Source of the DNA: an uncultured Verrucomicrobiae bacterium
GTDB lineage: Bacteria > Verrucomicrobiota > Verrucomicrobiia > Chthoniobacterales > UBA10450
Assembly (NCBI GenBank): GCA_963801815.1
Contig: CAWDGJ010000007.1
Location: 64,001 to 128,000 of the forward strand
Direction: 5' to 3'
DNA length: 64,000 nucleotides
The position numbers and the translations under genes are program-made. The notes beneath the pieces were generated by a model, which worked only from the letters and a program-made list of their open reading frames with translations, searched no databases and was not told the origin of the DNA. Numbering within the stretch: position 1 is the first letter of the stretch; each line of letters starts with the position of its first letter. This document shows, piece by piece, positions 30,543 through 41,596 of the stretch.

Positions 30543-31516
30543 GGTTTTTCTCCCTCGAAATAGGCGTACTTGTAAACGTCTTCGACCGACAGCTCCGGAC
30601 TTTCCTCGGCGAACTTCACCGAATCGAGGGCGGCCTGCTTCGCCTGTCTGTCGAGCTCGTCGAATTGCTCGTTCGTGAGCTTGCCTTCACGGGTGAGCTG
30701 CGCTCGCAGACGAATGATGGGATCGTCAAGCCGATATTTCTCCAACTCCTCCTTGGTCCGATAACTAGCGGGGTCGGACATCGAGTGGCCGCGATATCGA
30801 TACGTCCGGACTTCAAGGAAGGCCGGATGCGGATCTTTGCGAATTGACGTCGCGACTTCCGCGATCTTGTCGCGCACTTCGCGAAAGTTCATTCCATCAA
30901 CGATGTCGGCCGGAATGTCATAGCCTTCGGCCCGATCAACGATTTGTTTCAACGATGTCGATCTTTTCACCGACGTGCCCATGGCAAAGAGATTGTTTTC
31001 GCAAATCAAGATGACCGGGAGCTTATAAAGCGCGATCAGATTCAGTGCTTCGTGAAACGCTCCCTGGTTAATCGCGCCATCGCCAAAGAAGCAAAGTGTG
31101 ACCCGATCTTCGCTGCGATATTTCGATGCAAACGCCAGGCCGGCCGCCAGTGGCACGTGCGCGCCAACGATCGCATGCCCGCCGTACATATGCCGCTGCT
31201 TGTCGAAAAAATGCATCGAGCCACCGAGCCCTTGCGAGCAGCCCGTCGCTTTTCCAAAAAGTTCCGCCATACAGGCGTTGGCACTCGTCCCGCGCCCGAG
31301 CGCGTGGCCATGGTCGCGATAAGCCGTGATGATGTAATCGTCATCGCGCACCGCAGCAATGGCGCCGACCACGACAGCTTCCTGTCCGATATAGAGATGG
31401 CAGAAGCCGCCGATTTTCTGCGACTGATACTGCTGGCTCGCCCGTTCTTCGAAACGACGAATCAACAGCATCATCGCGAGCATCTCGACCTCGTCGCGTT
31501 GCTCGGACGGCTGCAT
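30539..31516 (-). CDS. pdhA: Pyruvate dehydrogenase E1 alpha subunit
   Basis: [26 protein letters not shown]…[15 protein letters not shown]. Confidence 0.97.
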   Translation of the reverse strand: MQPSEQRDEVEMLAMMLLIRRFEERASQQYQSQKIGGFCHLYIGQEAVVVGAIAAVRDDDYIITAYRDHGHALGRGTSANACMAELFGKATGCSQGLGGSMHFFDKQRHMYGGHAIVGAHVPLAAGLAFASKYRSEDRVTLCFFGDGAINQGAFHEALNLIALYKLPVILICENNLFAMGTSVKRSTSLKQIVDRAEGYDIPADIVDGMNFREVRDKIAEVATSIRKDPHPAFLEVRTYRYRGHSMSDPASYRTKEELEKYRLDDPIIRLRAQLTREGKLTNEQFDELDRQAKQAALDSVKFAEESPELSVEDVYKYAYFEGEKP

Positions 31517-31522
31517 CGAATC

Positions 31523-32113
31523 TTATGCGACTCGAGGCAGGGCAGCTCCAGCGCGAGCCCGGCTGGTATTTCGCCCAAAGTTCATGCACACGACAAAAAG
31601 CAGCGTGAAAAAGAAGTCGCTCAAGATGGTGTTACGGAAAAACATCCACGCAGGCGTGGAGCTGTATGCCGCCAGTCCAACGGTTTGCGCCTGAATTAAT
31701 CCGGCAAAGTCTTTCGTGTAACCCGGATCGCTCATCCATGAGAAGGTATTCACGACCAGGTAGAAAATTACCGATCCAAGGATTGAAGCAGGGAGCAGGG
31801 TCTTAAGCGATGCGCGATCTTGAATGGCGAATCCGATCAGCGCGATGAGTAAGAGAGCTACGTAGTGCCCGATCATCTGCGCCTGAAGCAACGGCGCTCC
31901 GTAAACATAATTCAAGACCAGGTCGGAAACGAAGAGCGCGCCGAGCGGAACCGTGAATTTGAATTTCGGCGGAAAGTAAGCCGCGCCACAAAGCGCGATT
32001 GCGGCCATTGGCGCGAAGTTGGACAGCCACAACGCGGTCCCCGAATGAATGAGAAGACCCGCCGCAATTCGATAAGCGACGGCTGACAAAATGAGAATAA
32101 GCGCCGGAATCAT
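31523..32113 (-). CDS. DUF6580-like putative transport protein (ECF S-component-like)
   Basis: NFAPMAAIAL, LFVSDL, SVIFYLVVN…W, FFRNTILSD; about 6 TMs in 196 aa. Confidence 0.75.
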   Translation of the reverse strand: MIPALILILSAVAYRIAAGLLIHSGTALWLSNFAPMAAIALCGAAYFPPKFKFTVPLGALFVSDLVLNYVYGAPLLQAQMIGHYVALLLIALIGFAIQDRASLKTLLPASILGSVIFYLVVNTFSWMSDPGYTKDFAGLIQAQTVGLAAYSSTPAWMFFRNTILSDFFFTLLFVVCMNFGRNTSRARAGAALPRVA

Positions 32114-32199
32114 CGTCGGAAATCTAGCTGACCCGCGAGAGATGGAAAGTCGATTTGCCGGAATCTGCGCGGCCGGCCAGAAGATACCAAAACGGATTG

Positions 32200-33708
32200 T
32201 TAGACCTTCAACTTATCGCCAACCTGCTGCTGCCAATGATGAATCCGTGCCGAAAGTTCATCGACCGCATCCCGGTGCGAGTTGTCGTAATACAAGTTGC
32301 GCTTCTCGTCAGGATCTTCGTTAAGATTGTAAAGTTCGTTCTTATCTCTATCGCGGAGGCAAAGTTTCCAGCCATCGGGCGAAACAACGGCACGGGTTGA
32401 TTCGCGAAGACAAGCTGCGACCTCATCTTTGCTGGCGAGTCTGCTGCGTTCCATGGCGATGTCCGGCTTTGTGGGAGCCCACTCAAGAAAAACAAAATCC
32501 GCCCGAGTCGTTTCACCGCGAATCAAACCCGCCCTGCTTTTTCCCGAGCACTGGGAATGGACCGGTTTACCCAAGAGATCGAGAATCGTCGGCACAAAAT
32601 CGATATGACTTATCGGCTGCGAGCAACGTCGCGGCGTTTCACCGGGCAGACGGACGAGATAAGGAACAGTCGCGGATTGCTCGAACATCAACTGTTTACC
32701 GAGAAGCCCGTGCGCGCTCATCATGTCGCCGTGATCGCTGGTTAGGACCGTGATAGTGCGGTCGCGCAGTCCATAATCATCGACCTTGGCAAGGATCGCT
32801 CCGATGCTTCGGTCGATCTCACTGATCAGGCCAAGATATCTCTGTTTAATGGAACGATATTCCGCGGCCGTAGGGTGCTGACTCCGATAGAATTCCTGGC
32901 GCACGCGGTAGCGCAATGGCATATCGTCGCCAAAGATATTGTCGGCGCTAGGGTCGAGCGAAATAGTATCCAGCGGATGCTCGTCATTGAACGGTCCATT
33001 GTAAGGCGGGTGCGGTTCGAAGAAGGCCACGAACAAAACGAAAGGTTCGCGCCGATGCCGCTCCAGAAATTCGCATGCTCTGGTTTCAAGGAACTTCGGC
33101 TTCGATAACTCGAAAGGCAGCGTGGTCGGGAATTCAAGGGAGAAACACTTCCCATTGTGGAGATCGGGTTTGTAACCCTTCGATAGAAGAAATTGCGTGT
33201 AATCGCTCTGTCCGCCCTTCTTGCGACCGTGCTCCGCGCTCTTGAAAGCATCTTCGATCGAGACCCATTCCTGAAAACCGTGCTGGGGCAGGAACTCATC
33301 ACCAAGATGCCATTTTCCGAAATATCCTGTGCGATAAGCGGAATCACCGAGCATCTCCGGTAAACAGCGAAAGTTGACTGGCAGAACATCTTTGTTGTCT
33401 GTGCAACCGGTTTGATGAGGCCAGGTACCCGACAGCAAGGAGGAACGAGATGGTGCACAAATTGGATGGGTCACGTAGGCCCGTTCAAATACGACCGATT
33501 CTGATGCCAATTGGTTGAGACTCGGCGCGTGCACCCTAGCGGAGCCGTCGAGGATCAGGTCCCCGCGAAGTTCGTCTGGAAGAAACACAATAAGATTCGG
33601 TATCGCCGACGAACTCGAGAGTTGCGCTGCTGAATGACCTTTAATCGCCAGTGCCGCTGAGCCCAAAGCAACCGTGCGCAGAAAGGAACGGCGCGATATT
33701 CTTGCCAC
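32200..33708 (-). CDS. Tat-exported formylglycine-dependent sulfatase
   Basis: SRRSFL Tat motif, CAPSR, GKWHLG, PHPP, TSDHG, ELYNL…DPDE. Confidence 0.93.
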   Translation of the reverse strand: MARISRRSFLRTVALGSAALAIKGHSAAQLSSSSAIPNLIVFLPDELRGDLILDGSARVHAPSLNQLASESVVFERAYVTHPICAPSRSSLLSGTWPHQTGCTDNKDVLPVNFRCLPEMLGDSAYRTGYFGKWHLGDEFLPQHGFQEWVSIEDAFKSAEHGRKKGGQSDYTQFLLSKGYKPDLHNGKCFSLEFPTTLPFELSKPKFLETRACEFLERHRREPFVLFVAFFEPHPPYNGPFNDEHPLDTISLDPSADNIFGDDMPLRYRVRQEFYRSQHPTAAEYRSIKQRYLGLISEIDRSIGAILAKVDDYGLRDRTITVLTSDHGDMMSAHGLLGKQLMFEQSATVPYLVRLPGETPRRCSQPISHIDFVPTILDLLGKPVHSQCSGKSRAGLIRGETTRADFVFLEWAPTKPDIAMERSRLASKDEVAACLRESTRAVVSPDGWKLCLRDRDKNELYNLNEDPDEKRNLYYDNSHRDAVDELSARIHHWQQQVGDKLKV

Positions 33709-33839
33709 TCCTATGAGTACGAACGGTCCGCGGCACGCTCAAGACAGGCGCGACCGGAAATTTGCGTCAGCGAAAAGGCGACAGATCACGTCTCGCGGCG
33801 AACCAGAGGCCGGGATTGGCAGCCGCTCTGCCGAGAGTG

Positions 33840-34088
33840 TTACTTCTTATTGGCAAGCAGAGCGTTCAACCGCGCTTTGCGGCGATTGGCCGCGTTGCGA
33901 TGAATGACTCCATGCTTTGCCGCTTTATCGAGCGCGGATATCAGACCGCGAATCTGCTGAGCATCTGGTTTGGCCGTTCCCCGGACTCCTTTTTGAAGGG
34001 AACGCAGCCGCGTCCGCACGCCGCGGTTTTGAGTGGCCCGGGCGAGAGATTTTCGAGAACGCTTCGCAGCAGATTGTGTGTTAGCCAT
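33840..34088 (-). CDS. rpsT: 30S ribosomal protein S20
   Basis: MANTQSAAKR…LDKAAKHGVIHRNAANRRKARL; TTGACA upstream on the minus strand (34131-34136). Confidence 0.96.
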   Translation of the reverse strand: MANTQSAAKRSRKSLARATQNRGVRTRLRSLQKGVRGTAKPDAQQIRGLISALDKAAKHGVIHRNAANRRKARLNALLANKK

Positions 34089-34159
34089 TTTATTTTAATC
34101 GGGCGTCGACGTTCGCGCAGACCGTCGAAATGTCAAGATGTCGATCTTTCGACCGCGTC

Positions 34160-34831
34160 TTACGACGAGACGCGCGAACCTGAAGCGACTTTGATTTGCG
34201 AACTATCTTTGTCTTTTCTTAAACCCGACCCTGACGCTGGCGTATCAAAGCCGTAGACTTCCGGATCGGCCATGTTCGAAGCTTTCGGCAGGCGGTCCTG
34301 AACAATTTCCACCGGCGTCCCAAGCGGGAGTTGACTGTAAAGAGCAACTACATCAAGCGACCTCATCCGGATGCAACCGAAACTGGCTGGCTTGCCGAGC
34401 AACTTCTCTTCGTTCGTCCCGTGGATGTAAATACAACGATGAAACGCGTGCGCGTTCGCAGCTTCCAAGCCTCGCAGCCAGATAATGCGTGTCATTACTG
34501 GATCGCGCCCGGGCGTATTGGGTTGAAGAACCTCACCGGTCCAGCGTCGATTGTGAAAGACAGCGCCGACTGGCGCCCGGTCGCCGATTTTTTGCGCGAC
34601 TTGCAACAAACCGAGCGGGGTTGCCAGGCTGCCCCAAGCATCGCCCAATCCATATTTCGAAGTCGAGACGGGATAAGTCGCGGCGATCGCTCCGTTTTCA
34701 AGCAGGATCAGCTTCTGATCCCGCACGCTAATTATGACGCGAGTGGACAGCGTTGGCGCCGGTATACTCGCGGCATTGACGGACGCGATGGACAAAAGAA
34801 GGGCTAGGACAAAGGTGGAGGAACGAAACAT
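34160..34831 (-). CDS. L,D-transpeptidase (YkuD domain)
   Basis: YPVSTSK, TPLG, IYIHGT…ASFGCIRM; signal peptide. Confidence 0.92.
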   Translation of the reverse strand: MFRSSTFVLALLLSIASVNAASIPAPTLSTRVIISVRDQKLILLENGAIAATYPVSTSKYGLGDAWGSLATPLGLLQVAQKIGDRAPVGAVFHNRRWTGEVLQPNTPGRDPVMTRIIWLRGLEAANAHAFHRCIYIHGTNEEKLLGKPASFGCIRMRSLDVVALYSQLPLGTPVEIVQDRLPKASNMADPEVYGFDTPASGSGLRKDKDSSQIKVASGSRVSS

Positions 34832-34862
34832 CCGAGCTCTAATACGCAGAAAACGCACGTTG

Positions 34863-36368
34863 TCACGCAGGAATTGGAGACGGCGAACGGGAGGCTCCGA
34901 AACTGAATTTCGGCGACCAAGGCAAGAGCGACGATAGCGCCACATAAAAGAAACCGCCCTGGAACAGGAGCAGGAACGGTACCGACAGAAATTGACGGTT
35001 GCTAACAGCGAACCACACGAAGTAGCTGAAATAAATGGCAAAGGCGAGTTCGGCGATCGGCAAAGTCGACTTTAACGCGCGGTACTTGCAGCTGCGCCAG
35101 GATTGCGATTTACGTTCAATGCCGTACTTGGGCGTCCGCGTGAAATCGGATTGGTGATTAAAGATCGCCTCCAAAACGGCCCGCGCATTGTTCAAGGAGA
35201 GACCGATGCCGAGCGCGAGCAAACAGGGAAGCAATAACATCTGCTTCATCCAGGTTCGCGGATGCAGTTCACGCTGCGCACAGACATAAAAGGCTGCCAC
35301 CGAGACTGACGCAGTTAAAAAGATCGGGATGTCGATCAAAAGCGTCCGCACCCAACCGCTCTGTGGCCCGCCGGTTGAAGGATGCAGAAGCACGCAAAGG
35401 CACGCGAGAAGCAAATAGGCGAAATTCGAGACCAAATGTCCGGTTGCTTCGGCTTTGATCGCGAACGGAAGTTCGCTCCGCCAGATACGCGGAAGGAGCT
35501 TCTTACAAGTTTGAATAGACCCTTTGGTCCAGCGGTGCTGCTGCGATTTGAAGCCATTCATGTCTACCGGCAGCTCCGCCGGAGTGACAACGTCGGGAAG
35601 GAAAATAAATTTCCAGCCCTCCAGCTGCGCGCGGTAGCTCAAATCGAGATCTTCACAAAGCGTGTCGTGCTGCCAGCCGCCGGCTTCTTCGATGCACCTC
35701 TTCCGCCACAATCCCGCGGTCCCATTGAAATTGAAAAAACGCCCACTTCGGCTACGCGCGGTCTGCTCGAGCACAAGATGCCCGTCTAAGAACATTGCCT
35801 GAACACGCGTGAGCAACGAATAGCCGCGATTCAAGTGACCCCAACGTGTCTGGATCATGCCGACCTTCGGGTCAGTGAAAAATTGGATAGTTCGCTGAAG
35901 CAAATCCCGCGGCGCGACGAAATCCGCGTCGAGGATACAAACGAATTCCCCATCGGCCGCTTCCAATCCACCCGCGAGCGCGCCGGCTTTGAAACCGGTC
36001 CGGTCTACCCGATGGATCAGTTGAACGTCGTAACCGCGACGCCGCAATTCATCGACACAAGAGGCGGTAACTTCGCGCGTGTCGTCGGTGGAATCGTCCA
36101 GCACCTGGATTTGCAGCAGTTCCCGCGGATAATCGAGCTCGCTCACCGAGCGGAGCAGGCGCTCCACGACGTAAATCTCATTAAAAATGGGGAGCTGGAC
36201 CGTGACCTTCGGCAGCTGGTCGAACCGGCCGGCAGGGACCGACGCTCGTTTGCGGTTTTTCAGGAAGAGATAGATGATGAAGTAGCGGTGCACTCCGTAA
36301 GCCGACAAACCAATAAGCACGGCCAGATAACACGCCGTCCAAATCAAATACCCGAGGCTTCCTTGCAT
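34863..36368 (-). CDS. Processive GT2 glycosyltransferase (cellulose synthase-like)
   Basis: VQLPIFNE, DDSTD, KAGAL, DAD, CEDLD, QQHRW. Confidence 0.92.
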   Translation of the reverse strand: MQGSLGYLIWTACYLAVLIGLSAYGVHRYFIIYLFLKNRKRASVPAGRFDQLPKVTVQLPIFNEIYVVERLLRSVSELDYPRELLQIQVLDDSTDDTREVTASCVDELRRRGYDVQLIHRVDRTGFKAGALAGGLEAADGEFVCILDADFVAPRDLLQRTIQFFTDPKVGMIQTRWGHLNRGYSLLTRVQAMFLDGHLVLEQTARSRSGRFFNFNGTAGLWRKRCIEEAGGWQHDTLCEDLDLSYRAQLEGWKFIFLPDVVTPAELPVDMNGFKSQQHRWTKGSIQTCKKLLPRIWRSELPFAIKAEATGHLVSNFAYLLLACLCVLLHPSTGGPQSGWVRTLLIDIPIFLTASVSVAAFYVCAQRELHPRTWMKQMLLLPCLLALGIGLSLNNARAVLEAIFNHQSDFTRTPKYGIERKSQSWRSCKYRALKSTLPIAELAFAIYFSYFVWFAVSNRQFLSVPFLLLFQGGFFYVALSSLLPWSPKFSFGASRSPSPIPA

Positions 36369-36488
36369 AAGGTGAGCTGCCAGTATTAAGACAGCAGGCG
36401 CATGATGGCGTTTCCGAGGCAGCCGTCAAATCAAAAATGGCGCGGTTGCCTCGCAAAAACGACCCAAAATCGCCAGAAAATCCGGCGA

Positions 36489-37283
36489 ATGTCGAGCTTA
36501 TATGCGTTGGTAGTTATGGCCGCTCTGGCGTGTCCGCTGAGTGGAGCGGAGCCACCGCCGACCGGCGAAGACCACGAGTTCGAGGAGCTTGGCGTCAATC
36601 GCTACACTACGCCATCGATCGCCCGGATTTTCAACCAGCTGGACCAACTCAAGCCGATTCCGTTTGACCAACTAAACCGCGACTTTCCACAACTGGCGGG
36701 CGCCAGCCGCGAGCAAAAAGGTCTGATGTTTGGCGGATTAATTGCCAACGGATTTCTGCTGGTCGAAGCAGAAAAGAAAAATTTAATCGAAAACTTCGGC
36801 CGTGTCCTGATGCAGCAGGCACGGGCACTCGGAGTCGGGGACCGGGTAATGCGCCACAGCGCAAGTCTCACCGAGCTTGGTCGACGCGGTGAATGGCCCC
36901 GGATGCGTCAGGAATTAATCACCACCCAAACCGATGTCGAACAGGCGATGGTTGAACTGCGCGACGAGAAGATGGCGCATTTGATCAGTCTCGGCGGATG
37001 GTTGCGCGGTTTGGAAATATCCGCTGCATCCGTGGAGCTGGATTTCTCGCCGCAACGCGCAAAAATCCTCGCCCAACCGGATTTGGTCGATTATTTCGCA
37101 AGCGAGCTTCAAACGCTGCCGCCAGCACTGGTCCACTCGCCTCTGTTCGAGAAACTTCGCGCCGGAATAGCTGCGCTGGGTCCACTCCTAAAAAAATCTC
37201 CGACCGAAATTAGGCGCGCTGACGTGACCGCGATTCGGGTTCAAGCGAACGAATTGAATCAGGCGATTCGGCAAGGCGGATAA
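36489..37283 (+). CDS. Exported helical hypothetical protein
   Basis: Signal peptide; LISLGGWLRGL. Confidence 0.75.
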   Translation: MSSLYALVVMAALACPLSGAEPPPTGEDHEFEELGVNRYTTPSIARIFNQLDQLKPIPFDQLNRDFPQLAGASREQKGLMFGGLIANGFLLVEAEKKNLIENFGRVLMQQARALGVGDRVMRHSASLTELGRRGEWPRMRQELITTQTDVEQAMVELRDEKMAHLISLGGWLRGLEISAASVELDFSPQRAKILAQPDLVDYFASELQTLPPALVHSPLFEKLRAGIAALGPLLKKSPTEIRRADVTAIRVQANELNQAIRQGG

Positions 37284-37327
37284 ATTATGAGCCAGACCAG
37301 TTCGGCGGCAAGCGCTCTGCTGCTGAT

Positions 37328-39838
37328 ATGCTATCTTTGCTACTCCGCAGTATGCCGTTGCGATATCTTGTAAAAAAAGGACGAGATAACCGCCTCGAAC
37401 GCTTCAACATAGTTGTCTCGATACTGCTGGCCGGCTGGATTCCCTCAATCCTGACTCTCGTCGTTTCCTATTCAATTTTGAGTCGAACGCTCGAGACCAG
37501 CATTCTGAAAGACCGGCAAACTTTCGTGCAGTTGATCGCCCACCTTGTCGGCGATGATCTGAGCCGGACGGGAGGGATCATCGATTATTATCAAACCTCA
37601 CCGGAAGTCGCCCGAATATTCAATTCGCCAAATCCGCAGTCTGCGGGCCAGCAATGGCTGGGGACGACGTTCTATTCTCATCCGCGGGTCGACGGAATGT
37701 TTGTAGCGAATCGCGACGGCCGGTTAGTTGCCTCGATCCCCTACCTTCCCGAGATGATCGGCAAGGAAGTCGATTCGAATCTGTGGCGCGCGGAAGCAGA
37801 GAAGCTTACGACTGCGTTCGTTTCGCCCGTACATCCTCGTGCATCAGACCAACGAATAGTGACCGACGTGGTAGGCGCGATCCGCACTCCGGATAAAACC
37901 GTCATCGGTTATCTTGGAGTTTCGGTGCTGGTAGAACGAATTGGACGCCGGCTCGCGACAATTCAATTCGCCGACCAGTCGACCTGCCAAGTGGTCGACC
38001 AAACCGGACATCCCCTGTTCACCAACGATTTCCGACCGAATCCGGGAACGGTCAGCTCGCGTGACTCGATTTTGCCGCCAGAGGTTTCGCAAAAGAAGGC
38101 AGGTAATCTGGAGCGCGGTGGAAATCTCTATTCTTTTGCACCTGTCGAAACCGCCGGATGGACCGTGGTCGTAAAGCAACCCAAAGCGATCGCTTACAAG
38201 CCTCGCCGCGATCTCCTGGAACGAATGGCTGTGCTCACTGGGTGGCTGGTTACGGCGATTTCCATTTTCGCGTGGTTCGGGGGCCGGTTTTACCGTCGCC
38301 AAACGGAAGCAGCGCGCCGGATCGAACGTGAAGTGATCTTCAACGAAAAAATCCTGGCCAACATGCCGATTGGCATCGCCTTTGTTGATCCTGCCTCACG
38401 AAAGTTTTTGCAGGCGAACGAAGCATTCACCCAGATGGCGCAACGCTTTGGCGGTCTGCCAGCGCGGCTCGATGTTATCGGCTCAACCTATGAAGATGTA
38501 AAAATCGCGCCGCCGGATGCGATTGAACGTGTTCTTTCGTTCGGCACGCCGTTTCAATTGATGGAGCAATCGTTTCCAGACGAGGGCGGCCTGACGCACT
38601 TCGTGAACGTGACGCTGCTCCGTTTGCAGGCGGCCGACCAGACGATCCAGGGCGTCCTCTATTTCGTGGAAGATAAAACGCGCGATGTAACCTTGCGGCA
38701 AGAGTTGATCAACGCCAACGCGGCAAAGGACCAGTTCCTCGCTTTGCTGTCACACGAATTGCGAAATCCGCTTTCGCCGGTAATCGCGATGGTCGGGGAG
38801 CTCGAAGCTTCGACGCCACGCTCGCCAAAATTGCGGCAGGCGCTGGAAGTGATTCGGCGAAACGTGGAGCTCGAGGCGCGATTGATTGACGATTTACTCG
38901 ACGTAACGCGCATCGCCAAGGGCAAATTGCAACTGATGCTCGAAGTGGTCGACGTTCACGAAATTCTTCGATGCGCCTACGAAATCTGCCGTGGCGACAT
39001 CGAGATGAAATCGATCGAGGCAAGATTCGAGCTCAATGCCGATGAGGTCTATGTGGAAGGCGACCCCGCGCGGTTACAGCAGATTTTTTGGAACCTGATC
39101 AAGAATAGCGTGAAGTTCACGCCGGCCAACGGCTGCATCACAATTTCGACGTCCAATCCACGACCCGATCAGGTCGAAATCCGCGTGATCGATACCGGGA
39201 TTGGCATCGAGCCGGATAAAATCGGAAAAATCTTTAACGCCTTCGAACAAGGACAGACCTCTATCACCCGCAGGTTTGGCGGGCTCGGCCTTGGCTTGGC
39301 TATATCGAAAGCGATGGTGGACGCACACCGGGGAAAAATCCGCGTGGAAAGCGCTGGTAAGGATAAGGGTGCAACTTTTACGGTTCAGCTGAAAACTGTT
39401 CCCGCGCCTGCCATCGCTGCCAATGGCACCGACGGCGACCAGACAGTTTCAGATACGGAGGGTGCCCCGGCCCACAGGCATCGTCTTCTTGTGGTGGACG
39501 ATCACGTGGACACCTGCACCGGGATGAAAATGATGTTGGAGCGGCGCGGTTACGACATCAGCGTTGCCTATTCAGCTGACCAGGCTTCAGAAAAAGCGCG
39601 ACAGGAAGATTTTGATTTGCTGATCAGCGACATTGGTCTCCCGGACCGCAGCGGGTACGAGTTGATGATCGAACTGCGACAAAGCCAAGGTTTACCCGGA
39701 ATCGCGCTCAGCGGTTTTGGAATGGAAGCCGATATCAGCAAAGCGCGCGACGCCGGATTTTCCGAGCATCTCACCAAGCCGATAAATTTCGAGCGGCTGG
39801 AGAAAGCCATTCGTCGCCTGCTAGGATCCAAGGCCTGA
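37328..39838 (+). CDS. Hybrid sensor histidine kinase (Cache-PAS-HisKA-HATPase-REC)
   Basis: Two TMs, LSHELRNPL, NLIKNSVKFT, DTGIGI, GGLGLGL, LLISDIGLP, HLTKP. Confidence 0.95.
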   Translation: MLSLLLRSMPLRYLVKKGRDNRLERFNIVVSILLAGWIPSILTLVVSYSILSRTLETSILKDRQTFVQLIAHLVGDDLSRTGGIIDYYQTSPEVARIFNSPNPQSAGQQWLGTTFYSHPRVDGMFVANRDGRLVASIPYLPEMIGKEVDSNLWRAEAEKLTTAFVSPVHPRASDQRIVTDVVGAIRTPDKTVIGYLGVSVLVERIGRRLATIQFADQSTCQVVDQTGHPLFTNDFRPNPGTVSSRDSILPPEVSQKKAGNLERGGNLYSFAPVETAGWTVVVKQPKAIAYKPRRDLLERMAVLTGWLVTAISIFAWFGGRFYRRQTEAARRIEREVIFNEKILANMPIGIAFVDPASRKFLQANEAFTQMAQRFGGLPARLDVIGSTYEDVKIAPPDAIERVLSFGTPFQLMEQSFPDEGGLTHFVNVTLLRLQAADQTIQGVLYFVEDKTRDVTLRQELINANAAKDQFLALLSHELRNPLSPVIAMVGELEASTPRSPKLRQALEVIRRNVELEARLIDDLLDVTRIAKGKLQLMLEVVDVHEILRCAYEICRGDIEMKSIEARFELNADEVYVEGDPARLQQIFWNLIKNSVKFTPANGCITISTSNPRPDQVEIRVIDTGIGIEPDKIGKIFNAFEQGQTSITRRFGGLGLGLAISKAMVDAHRGKIRVESAGKDKGATFTVQLKTVPAPAIAANGTDGDQTVSDTEGAPAHRHRLLVVDDHVDTCTGMKMMLERRGYDISVAYSADQASEKARQEDFDLLISDIGLPDRSGYELMIELRQSQGLPGIALSGFGMEADISKARDAGFSEHLTKPINFERLEKAIRRLLGSKA

Positions 39839-39887
39839 CATTGCGGCGCGGTTGCCCGCGAGCAATGTCGGTTCCCACAGAATGATC

Positions 39888-40241
39888 TTAACCGCCGACT
39901 CGCGTTCCTGCCGGCGTCGTCTTTTTGGTTGCGGCCTCTTTCAATTCGCGGGAAAGTTTTTCGACCCGCTGCCGCATGATTTTGCCGGCTTTGAACTTCA
40001 CGGTCGCGCGTGACGGAATCACAAAACTGCTGCCGGGTTGGTTCGGATTCCGACCGACGCGAGGTTTGGTCAGCCGCGGCTGGAAGATTCCGAAGTTGCG
40101 CAGCTCGACTGGGACGTTGTTGGCCAGACTATCGGTGATTTTGTCGAGCGTGCGCTGGACAATATCGAAGACCTGGTGCTGCACCATTCCGGTCTGATTG
40201 CTGATCGCAACTACAATGTCGCGTTTGGTAAGTTTAGCCAT
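39888..40241 (-). CDS. HU/IHF-family DNA-binding protein
   Basis: LTKRDIV, VELRNFGIF, RVGRNP, VKFKAGK. Confidence 0.93.
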   Translation of the reverse strand: MAKLTKRDIVVAISNQTGMVQHQVFDIVQRTLDKITDSLANNVPVELRNFGIFQPRLTKPRVGRNPNQPGSSFVIPSRATVKFKAGKIMRQRVEKLSRELKEAATKKTTPAGTRVGG

Positions 40242-40342
40242 ACGTCTAAACAAGAATCGTGTGCCGCGACACAATCGCGGGCATGATTGAAGAAGAAAAG
40301 TAAATTCTTTGCGCCCAGCTGTCTAGCCCCGAATGGGGCCGA

Positions 40343-40789
40343 TCAGTGCGCCGGGGCGGGCCGCTGGAAAAACCGGCTCCGGATTTGGTTCCAGTAATAG
40401 TCGAACACGGATTGGTCGGCCAACTCTCTGCGCCGCGCTTTCAGCTGGCCTTGCATTAAACCGAGTTTTGTAAACGCGGCATTCCAGTCCGTTTCCAAAC
40501 GACGAATCTCATCGTTACCAAGATCGCGTACGCCGCGGATCGACGCGCCACGTTGCAAGACGCTCATCGCTTTGCCCGACACTTCCGCGACGACGTTCAG
40601 CTCGCGCAGGATGTACTCGGTTTCTTGCAACAGATTACTGCGAATTTCGGTGAACTGCCGCTCCTGCTCCGAAGAGATGATCGGCTTTGCTTTGTCCAGA
40701 CCATAGGTAATTAGGTCGTGGAGCCGCTTCCAATTATCCAACTGCAATCCGACGAGGCGCAACCGGGTTTCAAGTTTCTTGTCGCGCAT
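40343..40789 (-). CDS. Hypothetical helical protein
   Basis: 148-aa ORF closely spaced in a run of minus-strand genes. Confidence 0.75.
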   Translation of the reverse strand: MRDKKLETRLRLVGLQLDNWKRLHDLITYGLDKAKPIISSEQERQFTEIRSNLLQETEYILRELNVVAEVSGKAMSVLQRGASIRGVRDLGNDEIRRLETDWNAAFTKLGLMQGQLKARRRELADQSVFDYYWNQIRSRFFQRPAPAH

Positions 40790-40800
40790 TGGAATGAATC

Positions 40801-41538
40801 TTAAACACTCACCAACTCGAGCGTTTCATCGAGCTTTTGCAGATTATCAATGAGCAGGTGGGCCCACGGACGATTCACTGTCTGCTCCTGACTGATGATC
40901 CCTTCTTCGAAATAGAAGCGGCCTTGTCGCCACCGGAAAATCTCGGCGACCGCTGCTTCGCCCTCAAGCGAGCCAAACACCGCGTGCCGGATCGATCCCT
41001 GTTGCAAATAGATTTCGCTGTTACCGCGGCCAGACTTGAAAGTGAAACGCCCACTCCGCTGACTCAGACAGCTCATTTGCAGGATTTCCGCCGCCGAAAA
41101 TTGGTTAAGATTTCCAACAAGCGAGTGACACGGATCGATTCCTTCCGCAGCAGAGCCGGGATTGGCATCGAGTGATCGAACAAATCGGCTCAGGTCCGCT
41201 CGCAAACACCGATCACTTCGCGACATCGGCAATAACTCGATGTTCTGTTCCTTCGCGACTGCGTCGATCTCCGGCCCGCGTCGGTCGTAGAGCAGACAAG
41301 CGGTGGTCAAAGACGGAAAGTGTTGCCGCACATTTGTTGCCTGCTCAAGGGCCAGTGCCGCCTCGCCTTCGATGATCAGGCCGTCGAAATTCTCCGCGAG
41401 CAAGGCCGAGACCGCTTCCGACAGATTCCGGACAATTTGGATCTCTAAGTTTCCGTTCTCGTCGAGAATAGCCAGAGCTCGATCTTCGAAGACCGGGTCG
41501 GCGTTTAAGATCAGGACTCTCGTTTCCACAATTCCCAA
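40801..41538 (-). CDS. Pseudo-receiver plus DUF4388 (PATAN-like) domain protein
   Basis: GNLNQFSAAEILQM…GEAAVAEIFRWRQGRF; N-terminal REC-like fold. Confidence 0.85.
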   Translation of the reverse strand: MGIVETRVLILNADPVFEDRALAILDENGNLEIQIVRNLSEAVSALLAENFDGLIIEGEAALALEQATNVRQHFPSLTTACLLYDRRGPEIDAVAKEQNIELLPMSRSDRCLRADLSRFVRSLDANPGSAAEGIDPCHSLVGNLNQFSAAEILQMSCLSQRSGRFTFKSGRGNSEIYLQQGSIRHAVFGSLEGEAAVAEIFRWRQGRFYFEEGIISQEQTVNRPWAHLLIDNLQKLDETLELVSV

Positions 41539-41596
41539 ATCAGATCTAGGGATTCATAGCAGGAATCCTGCCGTAGCGGCCACTTCCACGGCCGTC

